IMG/VR virus record: IMGVR_UViG_3300037961_003088
Coordinates: 1-56,378 of that record
Origin: a virus
Lineage: Duplodnaviria; Caudoviricetes
Length of the DNA stretch: 56,378 nucleotides
Direction: 5' to 3' (one strand)
Shown here: positions 10,989-21,650 of the stretch, piece after piece
Layout of the letters: each line of letters begins with the position of its first letter
Numbering within the stretch: position 1 is the first letter of the stretch
Position numbers and translations under genes: made by a program
The notes under the pieces: generated by a model
Told to the model about the DNA's origin: nothing
Databases searched by the model: none
The model's input: only the letters and a program-made list of their open reading frames with translations

Positions 10989-12091
10989 GATAAACCTCTA
11001 TATAAACCTAATCCTGATAATCCAGCACCTACAAGTTGCTGAAACAAACCAGGCTGTTGAGCAAAAGTACTTACAGTTCTTTCTGGACTTACAGGTACAC
11101 CACGTAATAAATTGCTGTATAAACCTAACTGTCTGCCAGTAAAATCCCTTTGTCGTAAAAAATCTTCATAACCTATATCTAAAGCAGCTTGATTAAGTGC
11201 TCTTTCTTGTGCTCCTAGATTTCTCAATGCAGCAATTCTAGCAAGGTTATCTGCTTGTCTAGATTTTCCTAAATCTTGTAATGCTTGTGCACTAGTTATC
11301 CCTAATTTACCAGCAGATTCTAAACCTGCTAATCTCATTCTTTCTTCTTGCTGTCTTGCTAGTTCATCTCTGGCAAAAGCTTGCTGTGCTAATTGCTCTT
11401 GCCTTTGTCTAGCTTGTTCACCTATTTGAAAACCGCTTAAATCTAATCTACCAGCAGCTATATCTGCAGCTCTTTCTCGTGCAACCTGATCCACTGCTCT
11501 GTCATACGCTGCTTGTGAACCTCTAGTTTGTATATCTGATAATCTTTGACCTAAACCTCTTTCTCTTTCTGCCTGCAATATTGCTTCTCTATAACCGCCT
11601 AAACCTCCAGCTTGTGAGGCAGCGTCTTCAATTCTACCTCCAGCTATATCTGATTCTCTTCTAGCCTCTCTTTTTGCTATATCAATAACACCTTGCTGAT
11701 AAGGTGACATAAATCTATTCACGCCCTCTTCAAAATTTATTGGTCTAAAGTTTGTGGGTGCTACACCTGCAGTGTATTCTGAAGGTCTTGAACTAGCAAA
11801 ATATTGTTGTCCAAAATTAGTAGGAACATTTTCTAAATTACTAAATGCTTGACCAAACTCTGCTGGAGTTCCTGAAGTAGCAAAACCTCTTGTCATAGCT
11901 CCAGAAACTAATTCATCTGGAGAAAAATATGCAAGTCTTTGACCACCATAAGTAGGTAAAGGCTGTAATGATTCAGCCTCAGCTCTTTTTAATATTCTCT
12001 CAAAATACGGCTGTACGTATTCTGGTAAATTAGTTTGTGTTACAGTTGTTTCTGTTGGTGCTTGTGAACCACCGCCTCCGCCTCCGCACAT
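10985..12091 (-). CDS. Internal virion/DNA pilot protein
   Basis: N-terminal MCGGGGGG, Gln/Ala-rich coiled coil, FMSPYQQGVID motif, C-terminal Gly-rich hydrophobic tail. Confidence 0.65.
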   Translation of the reverse strand: MCGGGGGGSQAPTETTVTQTNLPEYVQPYFERILKRAEAESLQPLPTYGGQRLAYFSPDELVSGAMTRGFATSGTPAEFGQAFSNLENVPTNFGQQYFASSRPSEYTAGVAPTNFRPINFEEGVNRFMSPYQQGVIDIAKREARRESDIAGGRIEDAASQAGGLGGYREAILQAERERGLGQRLSDIQTRGSQAAYDRAVDQVARERAADIAAGRLDLSGFQIGEQARQRQEQLAQQAFARDELARQQEERMRLAGLESAGKLGITSAQALQDLGKSRQADNLARIAALRNLGAQERALNQAALDIGYEDFLRQRDFTGRQLGLYSNLLRGVPVSPERTVSTFAQQPGLFQQLVGAGLSGLGLYRGLS

Positions 12092-12094
12092 ACT

Positions 12095-12559
12095 CTATAT
12101 CTCCTTTTTCATAATAAATCCTACATCTTTGTAGTCTTTAGATTTTAAATAATCTTTATATCTATTTCTTTTTAAAGCTGTAGAAGATCCAATACAAGTT
12201 TCTACAGCACCTTTTGATTTAGCCCATTCTTCAAATTTAGGTATAATAATATCTAAATACATATGTGAATCTTTTTTATACTCAGGTAAAAATATAACTA
12301 CTAAATCCTGTGCTAATTTTTCATTTGAAAAATAATATTCACTAATATTTCCCACAAAAGCACCTATAACTCTACTATCTATATCTACAACATATGCAAA
12401 AACATCTGAATCATCTTGTAAAGCATAATTAGATAATGAAAAAAACTTTTCATTATTCCAGCCTGATTTAGAAAAAGTGCTATTTTCCTGAAATGTTTTA
12501 GCTATTTGCATACATTGATGTACATCTTGTCTGTGATAAGGTCTTACAACTGCTTTCAT
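12095..12559 (-). CDS. GNAT-fold acyltransferase-like protein
   Basis: VRPY start, VIGAFVG strand, FLPEYK, FEEWAKSKGA, terminal YxxVG pattern; GNATs commonly precede ejection genes in podoviruses. Confidence 0.7.
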   Translation of the reverse strand: MKAVVRPYHRQDVHQCMQIAKTFQENSTFSKSGWNNEKFFSLSNYALQDDSDVFAYVVDIDSRVIGAFVGNISEYYFSNEKLAQDLVVIFLPEYKKDSHMYLDIIIPKFEEWAKSKGAVETCIGSSTALKRNRYKDYLKSKDYKDVGFIMKKEI

Positions 12560-15219
12560 ACTACCATGTCCTTAATATTTGTATCTAAAGGTTCTGCTTG
12601 TTTTTTTGTACCATACTTTTCTGTTCTTACAGCATTCATCATATTTTCTAATTCTTTAGCTCCTGAGTTAGTATCACCATCTCCTATCATAGAAACAACA
12701 TCCGCTGGTATTATAAATTCACCCTGAGATAAACCAACTGGCTGATTTTTGCCAATCATACCACCAATATCATCTTCCATGCCTCCACGATTATTGCCTT
12801 GAATTAATCCCTCTGTCTGTGGATTTGACTGAATTGCATTTTTTACCGCATTCTGCACATCTTGTAAGATTTCATTTCCATACTTATCTCTAAATCTTTG
12901 CAAAACAATATCATCAACATTTTCTCCTAAATAAAATGCGATTACAGCCTGTGTTAAAGGATCAGACATTAAAGTAGTAGATAAACCCATAGACATAAAG
13001 CCCATTTTATTTCTTACTTTTTCTGGTAATTTATGCAATCCTGGATTTTCTTCTTTTGGCGGTAATTCTTTTAAACTAGTGCTTTTACCATCACTCATAC
13101 CAAAATTTCTATAGTATTCAAAACTACTTACAGGCATTTTAAATTGTCTACCTGCACTATCAAAATAAATACCACCATAATTTCTAGCTATTTCTAATTT
13201 ATCTCCAAAATCTAAATCTTGATAATTTTCATTTTCAGATAAAATAAAATTGTCTGCTAATAATTCATCTCCTGGACCAGGTGCTGGTGTTGGTTCAGGT
13301 GCTGGTACAGGAGCTGTATCATCAGGTGGACTTTCTATGATTGAATCTTCAGGTGGAGGAGCTGGTGTTGGTTCAGGTGCTGGAGCAGGTGCTGGAGCAG
13401 GTGCTGGAGCTGGTGCTGGTGTAGGTGCTGGTGCTGGTGCAGGTGTTTGATCGCTTGGCGGTGGCGGTGGTGGTGGTGGTGCAAATATTGCTCCTGCGTT
13501 AGCAACTGGTCCTACACTAAAAGGTAAATTAGGATTGATAGAACCAGCAGAAACGCCATAAAAATTTTGATAACTTTGTTGTTGTGTTGGAGCAAAAGGC
13601 TCTGCCACTAAAGGATTAATTTGAAAAGTTCTTCCGTAGCCATATGGATTATCACCTTGATAACCTATTGTATCTCCTTCAAAAAAGGATAATGCACTAC
13701 CTAATTCACTAGCAGATGGATTTACATTACCAAAATATTGTAGCTCTGGACTAAATCCTGGCATAAAACCTATAGGTATATTAGCTTGAAATCTTTGTGT
13801 TGCTGTAACATTATCAGTGTCAGGTGCTTCTGTTTCTTCTCCTCCTTCTCCACTACCATTTACATTGCCACCTTCTTGAAAAGTAAGACCTCCAGAATTT
13901 GCAAATAAAACAGGTTGCACTTCAGGATATTGCTGTTGCAATCTTTTAGTTCTTTCTTCTTCTGATTCTAAACCTGCTAAATATGCTTGAAGAGCCTCTT
14001 GCGATTCTATAATACCTCTACCACCTGCACCCACAGCTGCTGGTATATATACACTTGGTCTAGAGGCAGATTCTGCTAATCTACCAGTTACATCAAATAC
14101 ATTTGGATCTCTACTTATAATCTCTCCTGTAGTAGGATTTATTTCAGGAACTGGTGCATTAATATTTGCAAATATATTCTTGCTTACTTCTCCTGAAGGT
14201 TGGAATTGTACACCTGTAGCAGATAAATTATTTAAAGATTCTGCTGTATCTTGAAATGCTTTTCCAACTATTTGTCTTTTTTGTGGATCGGATAATTCTG
14301 TGCCTAACTCTGCTACTATGTCAGAACCTTCTCCTAACGCTGTTTTTGCAGCTTCTGAACCAGCTTCTGCAAATTCCATACTTGCCTGAGCACTTTCTCC
14401 AGCACCTTTTAAAAATTGACCAACAGCAAATCCACTTAAACCTGCGAAAACTCCTTTTGTAATATCTTGTTCTACTATTGCTGTAGTTGCTCCTGAAGCC
14501 ACAGCACTTCCTACTGGACCGCCAAATAGACCTCCTACAAAACTTGCTATAGCTGGAAGTAAATCTTTTGCTTTAAAAGCCTCTGGTAGCCCTGTAATAG
14601 GGTTATAACTTAATGCTCCTAATTGTGCTAATCCTGATAATTCTTGTGGATTAACGTGCATTAACATATTATCTCCAAAACGACCTTGCTCTGCTATATT
14701 TTGTATATCTGATTGCATATTAGTTAAACCACCCATTTGAAAACTTTCTTTTTCTATATTTTTTTGTTTTCTTAATACTTTTAATAATTCTTGCATAGCG
14801 TCTACTCTAGACTTATTTATAATACGTGGTACTCCCATATCTTCATCAAATAATCTTCCTAAACCCTCTAATGGTGTAGTTAAAGTGCTTCTTATAGGTT
14901 TATTATCATCATCAAAATAAAAATTTCTTATTTTATCTTCATCAGACATAGCTGTCCTAGTTACTACTGCAGTTATTGGTGGTGCTATAGGTAAGTTTTT
15001 TTCTCGTATAGGGTATCTCTCTAAAAATTCTTTATCTGAAACTATAAAAGGTTTAGATTTATAGGGTGGTAGTGCACTTTTAGATTCTTTTGCCTCTTTT
15101 TCTTTGGCAAAAACATAATCTATACGTTCTTCTAAGTCTGATATAACAGTATCTATATCGTCTGTATTTTTGTAATATCCTGCTATGTTAAAAAGCTGTT
15201 CTATATTTTTATCTTTCAT
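12556..15219 (-). CDS. Internal virion protein with Pro/Ala-rich linker
   Basis: GRFGDNMLMHVNPQE...NPITGLPEAF motif, (PA)n tract, C-terminal LSQGEFIIPADVV motif. Confidence 0.65.
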   Translation of the reverse strand: MKDKNIEQLFNIAGYYKNTDDIDTVISDLEERIDYVFAKEKEAKESKSALPPYKSKPFIVSDKEFLERYPIREKNLPIAPPITAVVTRTAMSDEDKIRNFYFDDDNKPIRSTLTTPLEGLGRLFDEDMGVPRIINKSRVDAMQELLKVLRKQKNIEKESFQMGGLTNMQSDIQNIAEQGRFGDNMLMHVNPQELSGLAQLGALSYNPITGLPEAFKAKDLLPAIASFVGGLFGGPVGSAVASGATTAIVEQDITKGVFAGLSGFAVGQFLKGAGESAQASMEFAEAGSEAAKTALGEGSDIVAELGTELSDPQKRQIVGKAFQDTAESLNNLSATGVQFQPSGEVSKNIFANINAPVPEINPTTGEIISRDPNVFDVTGRLAESASRPSVYIPAAVGAGGRGIIESQEALQAYLAGLESEEERTKRLQQQYPEVQPVLFANSGGLTFQEGGNVNGSGEGGEETEAPDTDNVTATQRFQANIPIGFMPGFSPELQYFGNVNPSASELGSALSFFEGDTIGYQGDNPYGYGRTFQINPLVAEPFAPTQQQSYQNFYGVSAGSINPNLPFSVGPVANAGAIFAPPPPPPPPSDQTPAPAPAPTPAPAPAPAPAPAPAPEPTPAPPPEDSIIESPPDDTAPVPAPEPTPAPGPGDELLADNFILSENENYQDLDFGDKLEIARNYGGIYFDSAGRQFKMPVSSFEYYRNFGMSDGKSTSLKELPPKEENPGLHKLPEKVRNKMGFMSMGLSTTLMSDPLTQAVIAFYLGENVDDIVLQRFRDKYGNEILQDVQNAVKNAIQSNPQTEGLIQGNNRGGMEDDIGGMIGKNQPVGLSQGEFIIPADVVSMIGDGDTNSGAKELENMMNAVRTEKYGTKKQAEPLDTNIKDMVV
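13270..13481 (-). repeat. Coding low-complexity repeat (poly-Pro, PAPAPEPT)
   Basis: Tandem ggtgct/ggagca hexamers on the + strand. Confidence 0.9.
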
Positions 15220-15557
15220 TATCTTTCCTCAGTTGTTTCACAACCAAATACATTAAAACTCATATCGACAGCACTAGTATGCACTTTCAAAACATCTGCT
15301 TGATTTAGTGTCATACCTATCACTATAGCGAATGAATCATTTGCTGCTACTGATTTATCATAAAAAACAAATTGTTTATCATCAGCTCCAGCTCCTGCTA
15401 CATGAACACTTAATCTAAATGTTATAGCAGAGCCTGTTCTATTAGCAGCAACAATAGAACTTATTGTTGTCTGTGTTTTATCTGGCACTGTATAGAGAGT
15501 TGTAGTGGTTGTAGCAGCAGGATCAAGTTGTGCTAAAACTTTTAAACTATCAGCCAT
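15219..15557 (-). CDS. Small virion structural protein
   Basis: TTLYTVP motif, beta-rich, in tail operon. Confidence 0.6.
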   Translation of the reverse strand: MADSLKVLAQLDPAATTTTTLYTVPDKTQTTISSIVAANRTGSAITFRLSVHVAGAGADDKQFVFYDKSVAANDSFAIVIGMTLNQADVLKVHTSAVDMSFNVFGCETTEER

Positions 15558-15753
15558 GTTTTGCTCCCATTAGTAAAAATTGATGTCTTCGTATAGCTTT
15601 AGAAGTTATCGGATCTTGTGCTTTTTTTACTAGTCCTACCTCACTATTTATATCTTGAAATCCCTGTTCTATAGTTCTTCTATTTATAGATTCATTTAAT
15701 TCATCATATTCTTGTGTAGCTATAGGTAAAGGTATATTAGTTTTTTCAGCCAT
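15550..15753 (-). CDS. Hypothetical tail-associated protein
   Basis: Translationally coupled to both neighbours. Confidence 0.55.
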   Translation of the reverse strand: MAEKTNIPLPIATQEYDELNESINRRTIEQGFQDINSEVGLVKKAQDPITSKAIRRHQFLLMGAKHG

Positions 15754-17624
15754 TATTTTCTACCATCAGTTCTTAAATCTAATCTTATATCACCTAATCT
15801 CCATCCAAAAGAATTAGATGTATTTTCTATTCTAACAGCACTTTGTCTACTTCTGGCTCTTGTATTAGCAAATTTAGTAGTAGGATTTACTGAAATAGTT
15901 TGTAAACTAGATAAACTTTCTAAAGGAAAATTTCTACCTTTTATGGTTACACTAACTGTACTGCCATCATCACTATTTCCTCTATATTGCAAATCAGGTA
16001 TTAATCTAGATATAAACATAAATCTTTCTCCATCTGGATCTAAGTCAAAATCAGAAGATTCTATAAAAGCTGTAAAATTAGAACCATCAGCACTATGCCC
16101 AAATTCATGATTATATAAATAATTATCATCAGTATTATCTAACTTACTAGCTGCTAAAGGATATTGTTCAGAATATGCTGGATTCCAAGCTGTTCTTGTA
16201 AAACCATCATTAGTAGTTCCTATACTCCAAGATTTTTCTAAATAGTTATAAATAACGTATCTATTTACTTCTGAAGAGTTAGCACTAGGATAAAACCATA
16301 TAATCTCATTATGTTCTGGTATAGCTGCTCCAAAGACTTTGTAAGACTGATCTAAATTAAAATCACTAAATATATGATCTAATACTGTACATGGCAATTT
16401 TTGAGCTGATCCTCCATAAATATAAAAAGCTCCATTATCCATGAAAAAAACAGCTCCACCTACAGAAACTGCAGCATTTGGCGATATTAACGACATACCA
16501 TTTGCTACTTCATTAAATGTAAAAGTAAATGGTGCACCTACAAATCTCATAGATGTTATACCTGAATCAGTCCAAATTAATATTTCTTGTCTAGTTTTTA
16601 TAGCACCAACTATATAACTACCTGAAGATAACTGTACACCACCTGCTGAGTTTGTTGCAGTGGGTGTCCAATCAACAGCATTTTCTCTATCAGAAAATCT
16701 AACTAGCAATGGATCTATTGTAGATGATCCTATAGGATTACAACCAAATGCTATGACGTGCCTATCTATATCTGACATCATTATTTGTAATACTGCTGTT
16801 GGCGTATTGCTTGCTCCTGCTCTACTACTAGCTGCAACTGCTCTTGTGCTTAAACCTGAAGATTCATCCCAATAATATAATGGTCCACCTCTAGGACAAG
16901 CTATAATATCATCACCAAAATTATCTATACTCCATAATCTTAGTTGATTTGTATAACTTAATGATGTAGCTGAACCCCAAGCAGGACCACCCCATGTAGA
17001 AGCACCCCAACCTGTAGATTTTACATAATCATCTAGACCACTATTAATTTGATAAACAGCAACTGTGCTAGAGCCACCATTACCACTATCAGATGAATTA
17101 GCTAAAACTTCACTACCAGTGGTATCTTTAGCATTTATTTGAAATGTATTTACAGTTAAAATTCTAGTTATTTCATATTCTTGATTTAAAACTGTTGCTG
17201 TTATATTGCCACCTAAACTTGCAGCACTACTAAAAGTAACACTATCACCTGCAGTAGCTCCGTGACCATTTTCAGTTACTGTTATTAAACTAGAATCATC
17301 AGCTACTTTTGCAAAAGTTGGATCACCTGCAGAAGTTGTTAATCTTATAGGTGTAATATCATGAAAAGTTGTACCTTGTTGAGCGTACAACTTTTTATGT
17401 GTACCTAAAATATTATAGTAATCTTGATCTATTGTATTGTAGACATGAATTTTTCTGGCAGTTCCTCTATAAGAATTACTTGTTTGTTTTTCCCAACCAC
17501 CTATTCTTTCAGGTCTACCTTTTCTAAATCTTACTTTATCTGCGTCAAACCAACCACCTTCATTAGAATAGTTAGTGCCTTCTTTATTTATGCCAGGTTG
17601 AAATACAAATTTTCTTAAAGCCAT
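15753..17624 (-). CDS. Tail nozzle/stabilisation protein (P22 gp10-like beta-propeller)
   Basis: 623 aa, beta-rich; VRFRKGRPERIGGW, VRFSDREN..DW, EIIWFYPS motifs; gene position. Confidence 0.7.
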   Translation of the reverse strand: MALRKFVFQPGINKEGTNYSNEGGWFDADKVRFRKGRPERIGGWEKQTSNSYRGTARKIHVYNTIDQDYYNILGTHKKLYAQQGTTFHDITPIRLTTSAGDPTFAKVADDSSLITVTENGHGATAGDSVTFSSAASLGGNITATVLNQEYEITRILTVNTFQINAKDTTGSEVLANSSDSGNGGSSTVAVYQINSGLDDYVKSTGWGASTWGGPAWGSATSLSYTNQLRLWSIDNFGDDIIACPRGGPLYYWDESSGLSTRAVAASSRAGASNTPTAVLQIMMSDIDRHVIAFGCNPIGSSTIDPLLVRFSDRENAVDWTPTATNSAGGVQLSSGSYIVGAIKTRQEILIWTDSGITSMRFVGAPFTFTFNEVANGMSLISPNAAVSVGGAVFFMDNGAFYIYGGSAQKLPCTVLDHIFSDFNLDQSYKVFGAAIPEHNEIIWFYPSANSSEVNRYVIYNYLEKSWSIGTTNDGFTRTAWNPAYSEQYPLAASKLDNTDDNYLYNHEFGHSADGSNFTAFIESSDFDLDPDGERFMFISRLIPDLQYRGNSDDGSTVSVTIKGRNFPLESLSSLQTISVNPTTKFANTRARSRQSAVRIENTSNSFGWRLGDIRLDLRTDGRK

Positions 17625-17626
17625 AA

Positions 17627-18082
17627 TTACACCTCATGCCATTTTTTACCTTGAAATAAAAGTGCTTCTGCTTCTCTACGTCTTACTAATCCTTGCAAAA
17701 CTTCTCCGTTTGCTTTATTCCATCTTTTGATTTCTCTTGGTACATCATCATACTCACCAGCATTTAATACTTTTAATAAAGTAGATTGTTTTAAACTATT
17801 TGGTCCTAAGTTATAAACCCAGGCTACGAGGGCGTCAAATTGACTTTGTGATAAGGGAGCTTGTACGTAGTCATTTATATAGCCCTCGTATTCTTCTAGC
17901 TCTATATCAAGCATATGTTCTGCGTGTGATTGTGACCATTCATCATCTTCTTTAACACCTTTAACATGACCATAACCGATTGTTAATTTTCCTGCTGGAC
18001 ATCTATATGCTTTTAATTCACAGCCTTCAAATTTTTTTATTAAACTTTTACCTTCTTCTGAAATTTTCATATTGCTACTCAT
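17627..18082 (-). CDS. Endolysin, GH24 (T4-type) lysozyme
   Basis: IKKFEGCELKAYRCPAGKLTIGYGH...QFDAL...GLVRRREAE. Confidence 0.95.
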   Translation of the reverse strand: MSSNMKISEEGKSLIKKFEGCELKAYRCPAGKLTIGYGHVKGVKEDDEWSQSHAEHMLDIELEEYEGYINDYVQAPLSQSQFDALVAWVYNLGPNSLKQSTLLKVLNAGEYDDVPREIKRWNKANGEVLQGLVRRREAEALLFQGKKWHEV

Positions 18083-18440
18083 TTTCTATTTTAGGTTGAG
18101 TAGTTGTTACTGTTCTATAATAAACAACTACATCTTTTAGTTCAGTTATATATCTCTTTATCTCCTGCATATTATATGCCATTAACTCATAATCAGGTAT
18201 TGTCATAGCTAGAAAAACTAATTCACCTTCTTGCTCTTCTATTATTGCAAATTGTTCTTCAAAATTTTCAGGAGTAATTGTTAGCCATTTGACTTCTCTT
18301 AAATCTATCTCTCTAGGCATGACAGGTTGTATTATCTTTCTGTCTATAGGCTTTGTTTGTACTTCTATATTTTTAGTTGGAAGGAGACTGCAACTGCAAG
18401 CCATCATCAAGACTATCAACAGTACCACTGAGTTTTTCAA
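18075..18440 (-). CDS. Outer-membrane lipoprotein spanin (Rz1-like)
   Basis: TTG start at 18440 gives a basic + hydrophobic signal ending in lipobox-like ACSC; overlaps the i-spanin 3' end. Confidence 0.7.
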   Translation of the reverse strand: MKNSVVLLIVLMMACSCSLLPTKNIEVQTKPIDRKIIQPVMPREIDLREVKWLTITPENFEEQFAIIEEQEGELVFLAMTIPDYELMAYNMQEIKRYITELKDVVVYYRTVTTTQPKIENE

Positions 18441-18768
18441 TATCTTCCATAATGTGTTTAGTTCCATTATTTATCTTCCTTTGCATTTCTATTGGATCTT
18501 CTAAAATCTTAGCAGTAAGTTTATAGTTTCTTATAAACTCTGAGTATCTATTCAACTCTCTTTCTGCTGCTTGATTTTTTAAAGTCATTTCTAATAATGA
18601 ATTAGATTGTAATTCAAAATCAGCTTGTAAAGATTTTATAGTTTCTTTTTGTTCTGCTATAGCATTTTCTAGTTTTAAATTATTATCTTTTAAAACTGTG
18701 TTCTCATTCCAAATGTAATAACACAAACCTGAAAGTGATAGTATTATTGCAAATAAAAATTGATACAT
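18373..18768 (-). CDS. Inner-membrane spanin (Rz-like)
   Basis: N-terminal TM helix plus long coiled coil, next to endolysin. Confidence 0.7.
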   Translation of the reverse strand: MYQFLFAIILSLSGLCYYIWNENTVLKDNNLKLENAIAEQKETIKSLQADFELQSNSLLEMTLKNQAAERELNRYSEFIRNYKLTAKILEDPIEMQRKINNGTKHIMEDIEKLSGTVDSLDDGLQLQSPSN

Positions 18769-18986
18769 TATAGTTCCTCTATTTTATAATTAAGACCTTC
18801 AGCTCCTCGTATTTCTACTATTTCACCTTTTTTTGTTTTAAATTTAAGATGTTTTTCTTTCTTAACATAAAACTTTATAACTACAAAACTTTGATCATCT
18901 TTGTCACCCCAAGTCGCATTATAACTAACTGTTAAATTATAGTAAGTTGTAAATAAACTTTTGAGCCACTCCCAAAATTTTGCCAT
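18768..18986 (-). CDS. Hypothetical protein
   Basis: Coupled ORF in lysis region; amphipathic N-terminus. Confidence 0.55.
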   Translation of the reverse strand: MAKFWEWLKSLFTTYYNLTVSYNATWGDKDDQSFVVIKFYVKKEKHLKFKTKKGEIVEIRGAEGLNYKIEEL

Positions 18987-18987
18987 A

Positions 18988-19347
18988 TTAATTAGCTAGT
19001 GGATTTTTATCTAAGTCCTTTAGCTTTTCTTTTAACTCTTGTATATCTTCTTTAGAATCAGAAAGCTGTACTTTCATTGCAGCAAGCTCGCTTTCTATTT
19101 CAGATACATTAGGTATCTCTATACCATCTATTTCTTTTTGTAAAAATTCTACACTTGTTTCTATAGCTACAAATCTTTCTTCTATAGCTTGTACCTCATT
19201 TTCATTATCACTAATACCACCAATCTTAGATTCTAAATTTTCTAGTCTATTTATGTAAGTTGCACCTGTATAACCAAAACCAGCTAATGTTCCGACTATT
19301 GATACTAGAGCTATTAGTTGTGTTGTTTTATTTTGAAACCAATCCAT
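18988..19347 (-). CDS. Membrane-anchored coiled-coil protein
   Basis: N-terminal hydrophobic helix LIALVSIVGTLAGFGY followed by heptad repeats. Confidence 0.7.
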   Translation of the reverse strand: MDWFQNKTTQLIALVSIVGTLAGFGYTGATYINRLENLESKIGGISDNENEVQAIEERFVAIETSVEFLQKEIDGIEIPNVSEIESELAAMKVQLSDSKEDIQELKEKLKDLDKNPLAN

Positions 19348-21650
19348 TATTCCTCCTGTAAGTTTGGTTGTTCTTGTATCAAGATATTCATAGTATTTAT
19401 ATTACTACCTGCTAAACCATAAAAGGCATTTATATTATCGTTCATAACTATGTCACTGTAAATTTCTTTAGCCTCATACCATGTATCTTGTTTAGGCAAC
19501 TCTAAAACTTTATATCTATCAAAACCAGGTACAAAACCTAAATATGCAACTAAAGTTGTTTGATCTGCATATTCTCCTGTTTCTTGTTGTTGCTGTTGTA
19601 TTTCTTCTTGTTGATTCTTAATATTATTTTCTATTATCTGATTAGCTATTTCATCAGCCTCACTTGCAGATACAACTCCTGATGTAGCAGAACTAATATC
19701 ACCTTGTAAATTATTTATCTGCACTTCAGCCATAACCATTTGTCCACCATCTGCAGTAGGTAAAGGTATAAAGCTTGTAGTAATACTATCACCTACTTGT
19801 GATCCTGTACCTGACATATCTGCAGAATTTTGTGACATAGATAATAAATTATTATTTTGCATAGAGGCAGAAGCTATTTGATCACTTATACTAGGAGAAC
19901 TACTTGTAGAAATAGAACCACTAGATATGTTTTTATTATTGCCAGTGTAAACATTTGAATTAGAACTAGAACTACCTGTGCCATATCCTCCTGAATTAGA
20001 ACTTTGCCCACCATAATTAACACTTTGACTTGCTGTTGCTATAGAGCTATTTACTATATTTAATTTCATATCTCTTTTGCTATCACTATCAGCAACTAAC
20101 TCTTCTTCATGCAGTTCTAATATTTCTTCTTCAGAAACTTCTTCTTCAAGTTCTGCGACTTCTTCTTGTTCTTCTCTAATATCTTCTAAGACTTCTTCTA
20201 CTTCTTGCTCTATAATAACTTCTTCTCTTTGTTCTCTAACAAGTCTATCATCAGCTTGTGCTACTTCTTCGTAAGGTTCTTCTTGTCTGCCTCTTTCATT
20301 TTCAAACCATTCATCTAATTCTTCTATGCTATCAAACTCAACAAAAGTTGTAGGCTCTTGAAAATCATCTATTAATATAGTTTCTAAAACAACTAATTCA
20401 GATAGAAGTAAATCTGAACCTAAAGGAGGTAATACTTGTGAAACTTCATGATCTGGAACTTCAAAAGTATTGAAATTTATATAAGGTTGTTGATGATCTT
20501 GTTGTGTATCTATTGGCTCTACATCCATTCTAAACATAGAATCTGAATGATTATGAAAAACATCTTCATTATGTATATCAAAAACTAATACTTCATCAAA
20601 TAAACTATTTTCAAAAACATTATTTTGTCTAATTATTGTTACATCTAAAAAAGGATCATCAAGCAAAAAATCTCCTTGAAAAGAATTGTGACTTTGTGAA
20701 AACATATTATGTTCATCACTATTACCATAGTCTACATTCTCCTCTCTAAAATATGCTACAGAATCTTGTTGTCTATATCCTGCACAAAAAGGTGCATACT
20801 GAGGATCATCATCACATTGTTGCTCATCAAAAGCCTCGTCATAGTTAGGACAGCTTGTACTGTAGAGTTGTGATAAATTACATTGTTGATTTAAAAAAGC
20901 GTCTGCATAACCAGTGCAACTAGAATCATTTAAAGGATTGCTACAATCTATACTATGGTCTGAACCATCACTATAAAGTGAGCCACCATTCTCTAAAGTT
21001 GTATTAAAAGATGTATTATTCCAATTAGTATTTACACAACTGCTTGAATTAGTAGATCCTGTATTACATTCATCATGAAATAAATACGTGTATATTTTAC
21101 TAGAATCTGGTCCTTGTTCACCTATTAAAACATCATGATTAATTATATTAAGTGCACCATATCTATATTCAAATGTATGATTTGACCAAAGTATTATTTC
21201 AAAACTATTGTCTGTACCACTTCTATTGTACTCACGCAAATCATACCAACCAAAAATCATCTTTTCATTATCGCCATATGATTTAATTCTTGAATTATTA
21301 TCTCTAATCAAATCTGTCCAAAATGGATAAAGAGTATTTTTATATCTAGGCAAAGGATCAGGAGTAAAATCTCCACAATAATCTGCATAAGCAGTAGATG
21401 TTAAACCTAAATGCAAACACCCATTTGTAGCCATTCTAGCTGAATTAAAAGTATTGCCATAAAAATTAAAATCAAAAGAAAAATCTATAGCTGGCGAAAT
21501 GCCATCATCTACAATTTCATAAGCAAGCTCACCCTCAAAAGAATTAGCATTTGTTTGTAAATGATATAAAGGCTGATTAGCTTCGTATATATACTGAGAT
21601 TGTATTTTTAAACAGAATATAAATACTAGCCATAAAATTCGTCTAAGCAT
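19347..21650 (-). CDS. Secreted protein with NIDO-like domain, Cys-rich repeats, acidic and Ser-rich regions
   Basis: Signal peptide; DDGISPAIDFSFDFNFYG...ATNG...LYPFWTDL...SFEIIL NIDO-like pattern; QQC..LY...C..Y repeats. Confidence 0.7.
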   Translation of the reverse strand: MLRRILWLVFIFCLKIQSQYIYEANQPLYHLQTNANSFEGELAYEIVDDGISPAIDFSFDFNFYGNTFNSARMATNGCLHLGLTSTAYADYCGDFTPDPLPRYKNTLYPFWTDLIRDNNSRIKSYGDNEKMIFGWYDLREYNRSGTDNSFEIILWSNHTFEYRYGALNIINHDVLIGEQGPDSSKIYTYLFHDECNTGSTNSSSCVNTNWNNTSFNTTLENGGSLYSDGSDHSIDCSNPLNDSSCTGYADAFLNQQCNLSQLYSTSCPNYDEAFDEQQCDDDPQYAPFCAGYRQQDSVAYFREENVDYGNSDEHNMFSQSHNSFQGDFLLDDPFLDVTIIRQNNVFENSLFDEVLVFDIHNEDVFHNHSDSMFRMDVEPIDTQQDHQQPYINFNTFEVPDHEVSQVLPPLGSDLLLSELVVLETILIDDFQEPTTFVEFDSIEELDEWFENERGRQEEPYEEVAQADDRLVREQREEVIIEQEVEEVLEDIREEQEEVAELEEEVSEEEILELHEEELVADSDSKRDMKLNIVNSSIATASQSVNYGGQSSNSGGYGTGSSSSNSNVYTGNNKNISSGSISTSSSPSISDQIASASMQNNNLLSMSQNSADMSGTGSQVGDSITTSFIPLPTADGGQMVMAEVQINNLQGDISSATSGVVSASEADEIANQIIENNIKNQQEEIQQQQQETGEYADQTTLVAYLGFVPGFDRYKVLELPKQDTWYEAKEIYSDIVMNDNINAFYGLAGSNINTMNILIQEQPNLQEE

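Noticed and set aside
13250-13450. Gly-Ala (silk-like) ORF on the + strand
   Set aside because: Antisense shadow of the Pro-Ala linker
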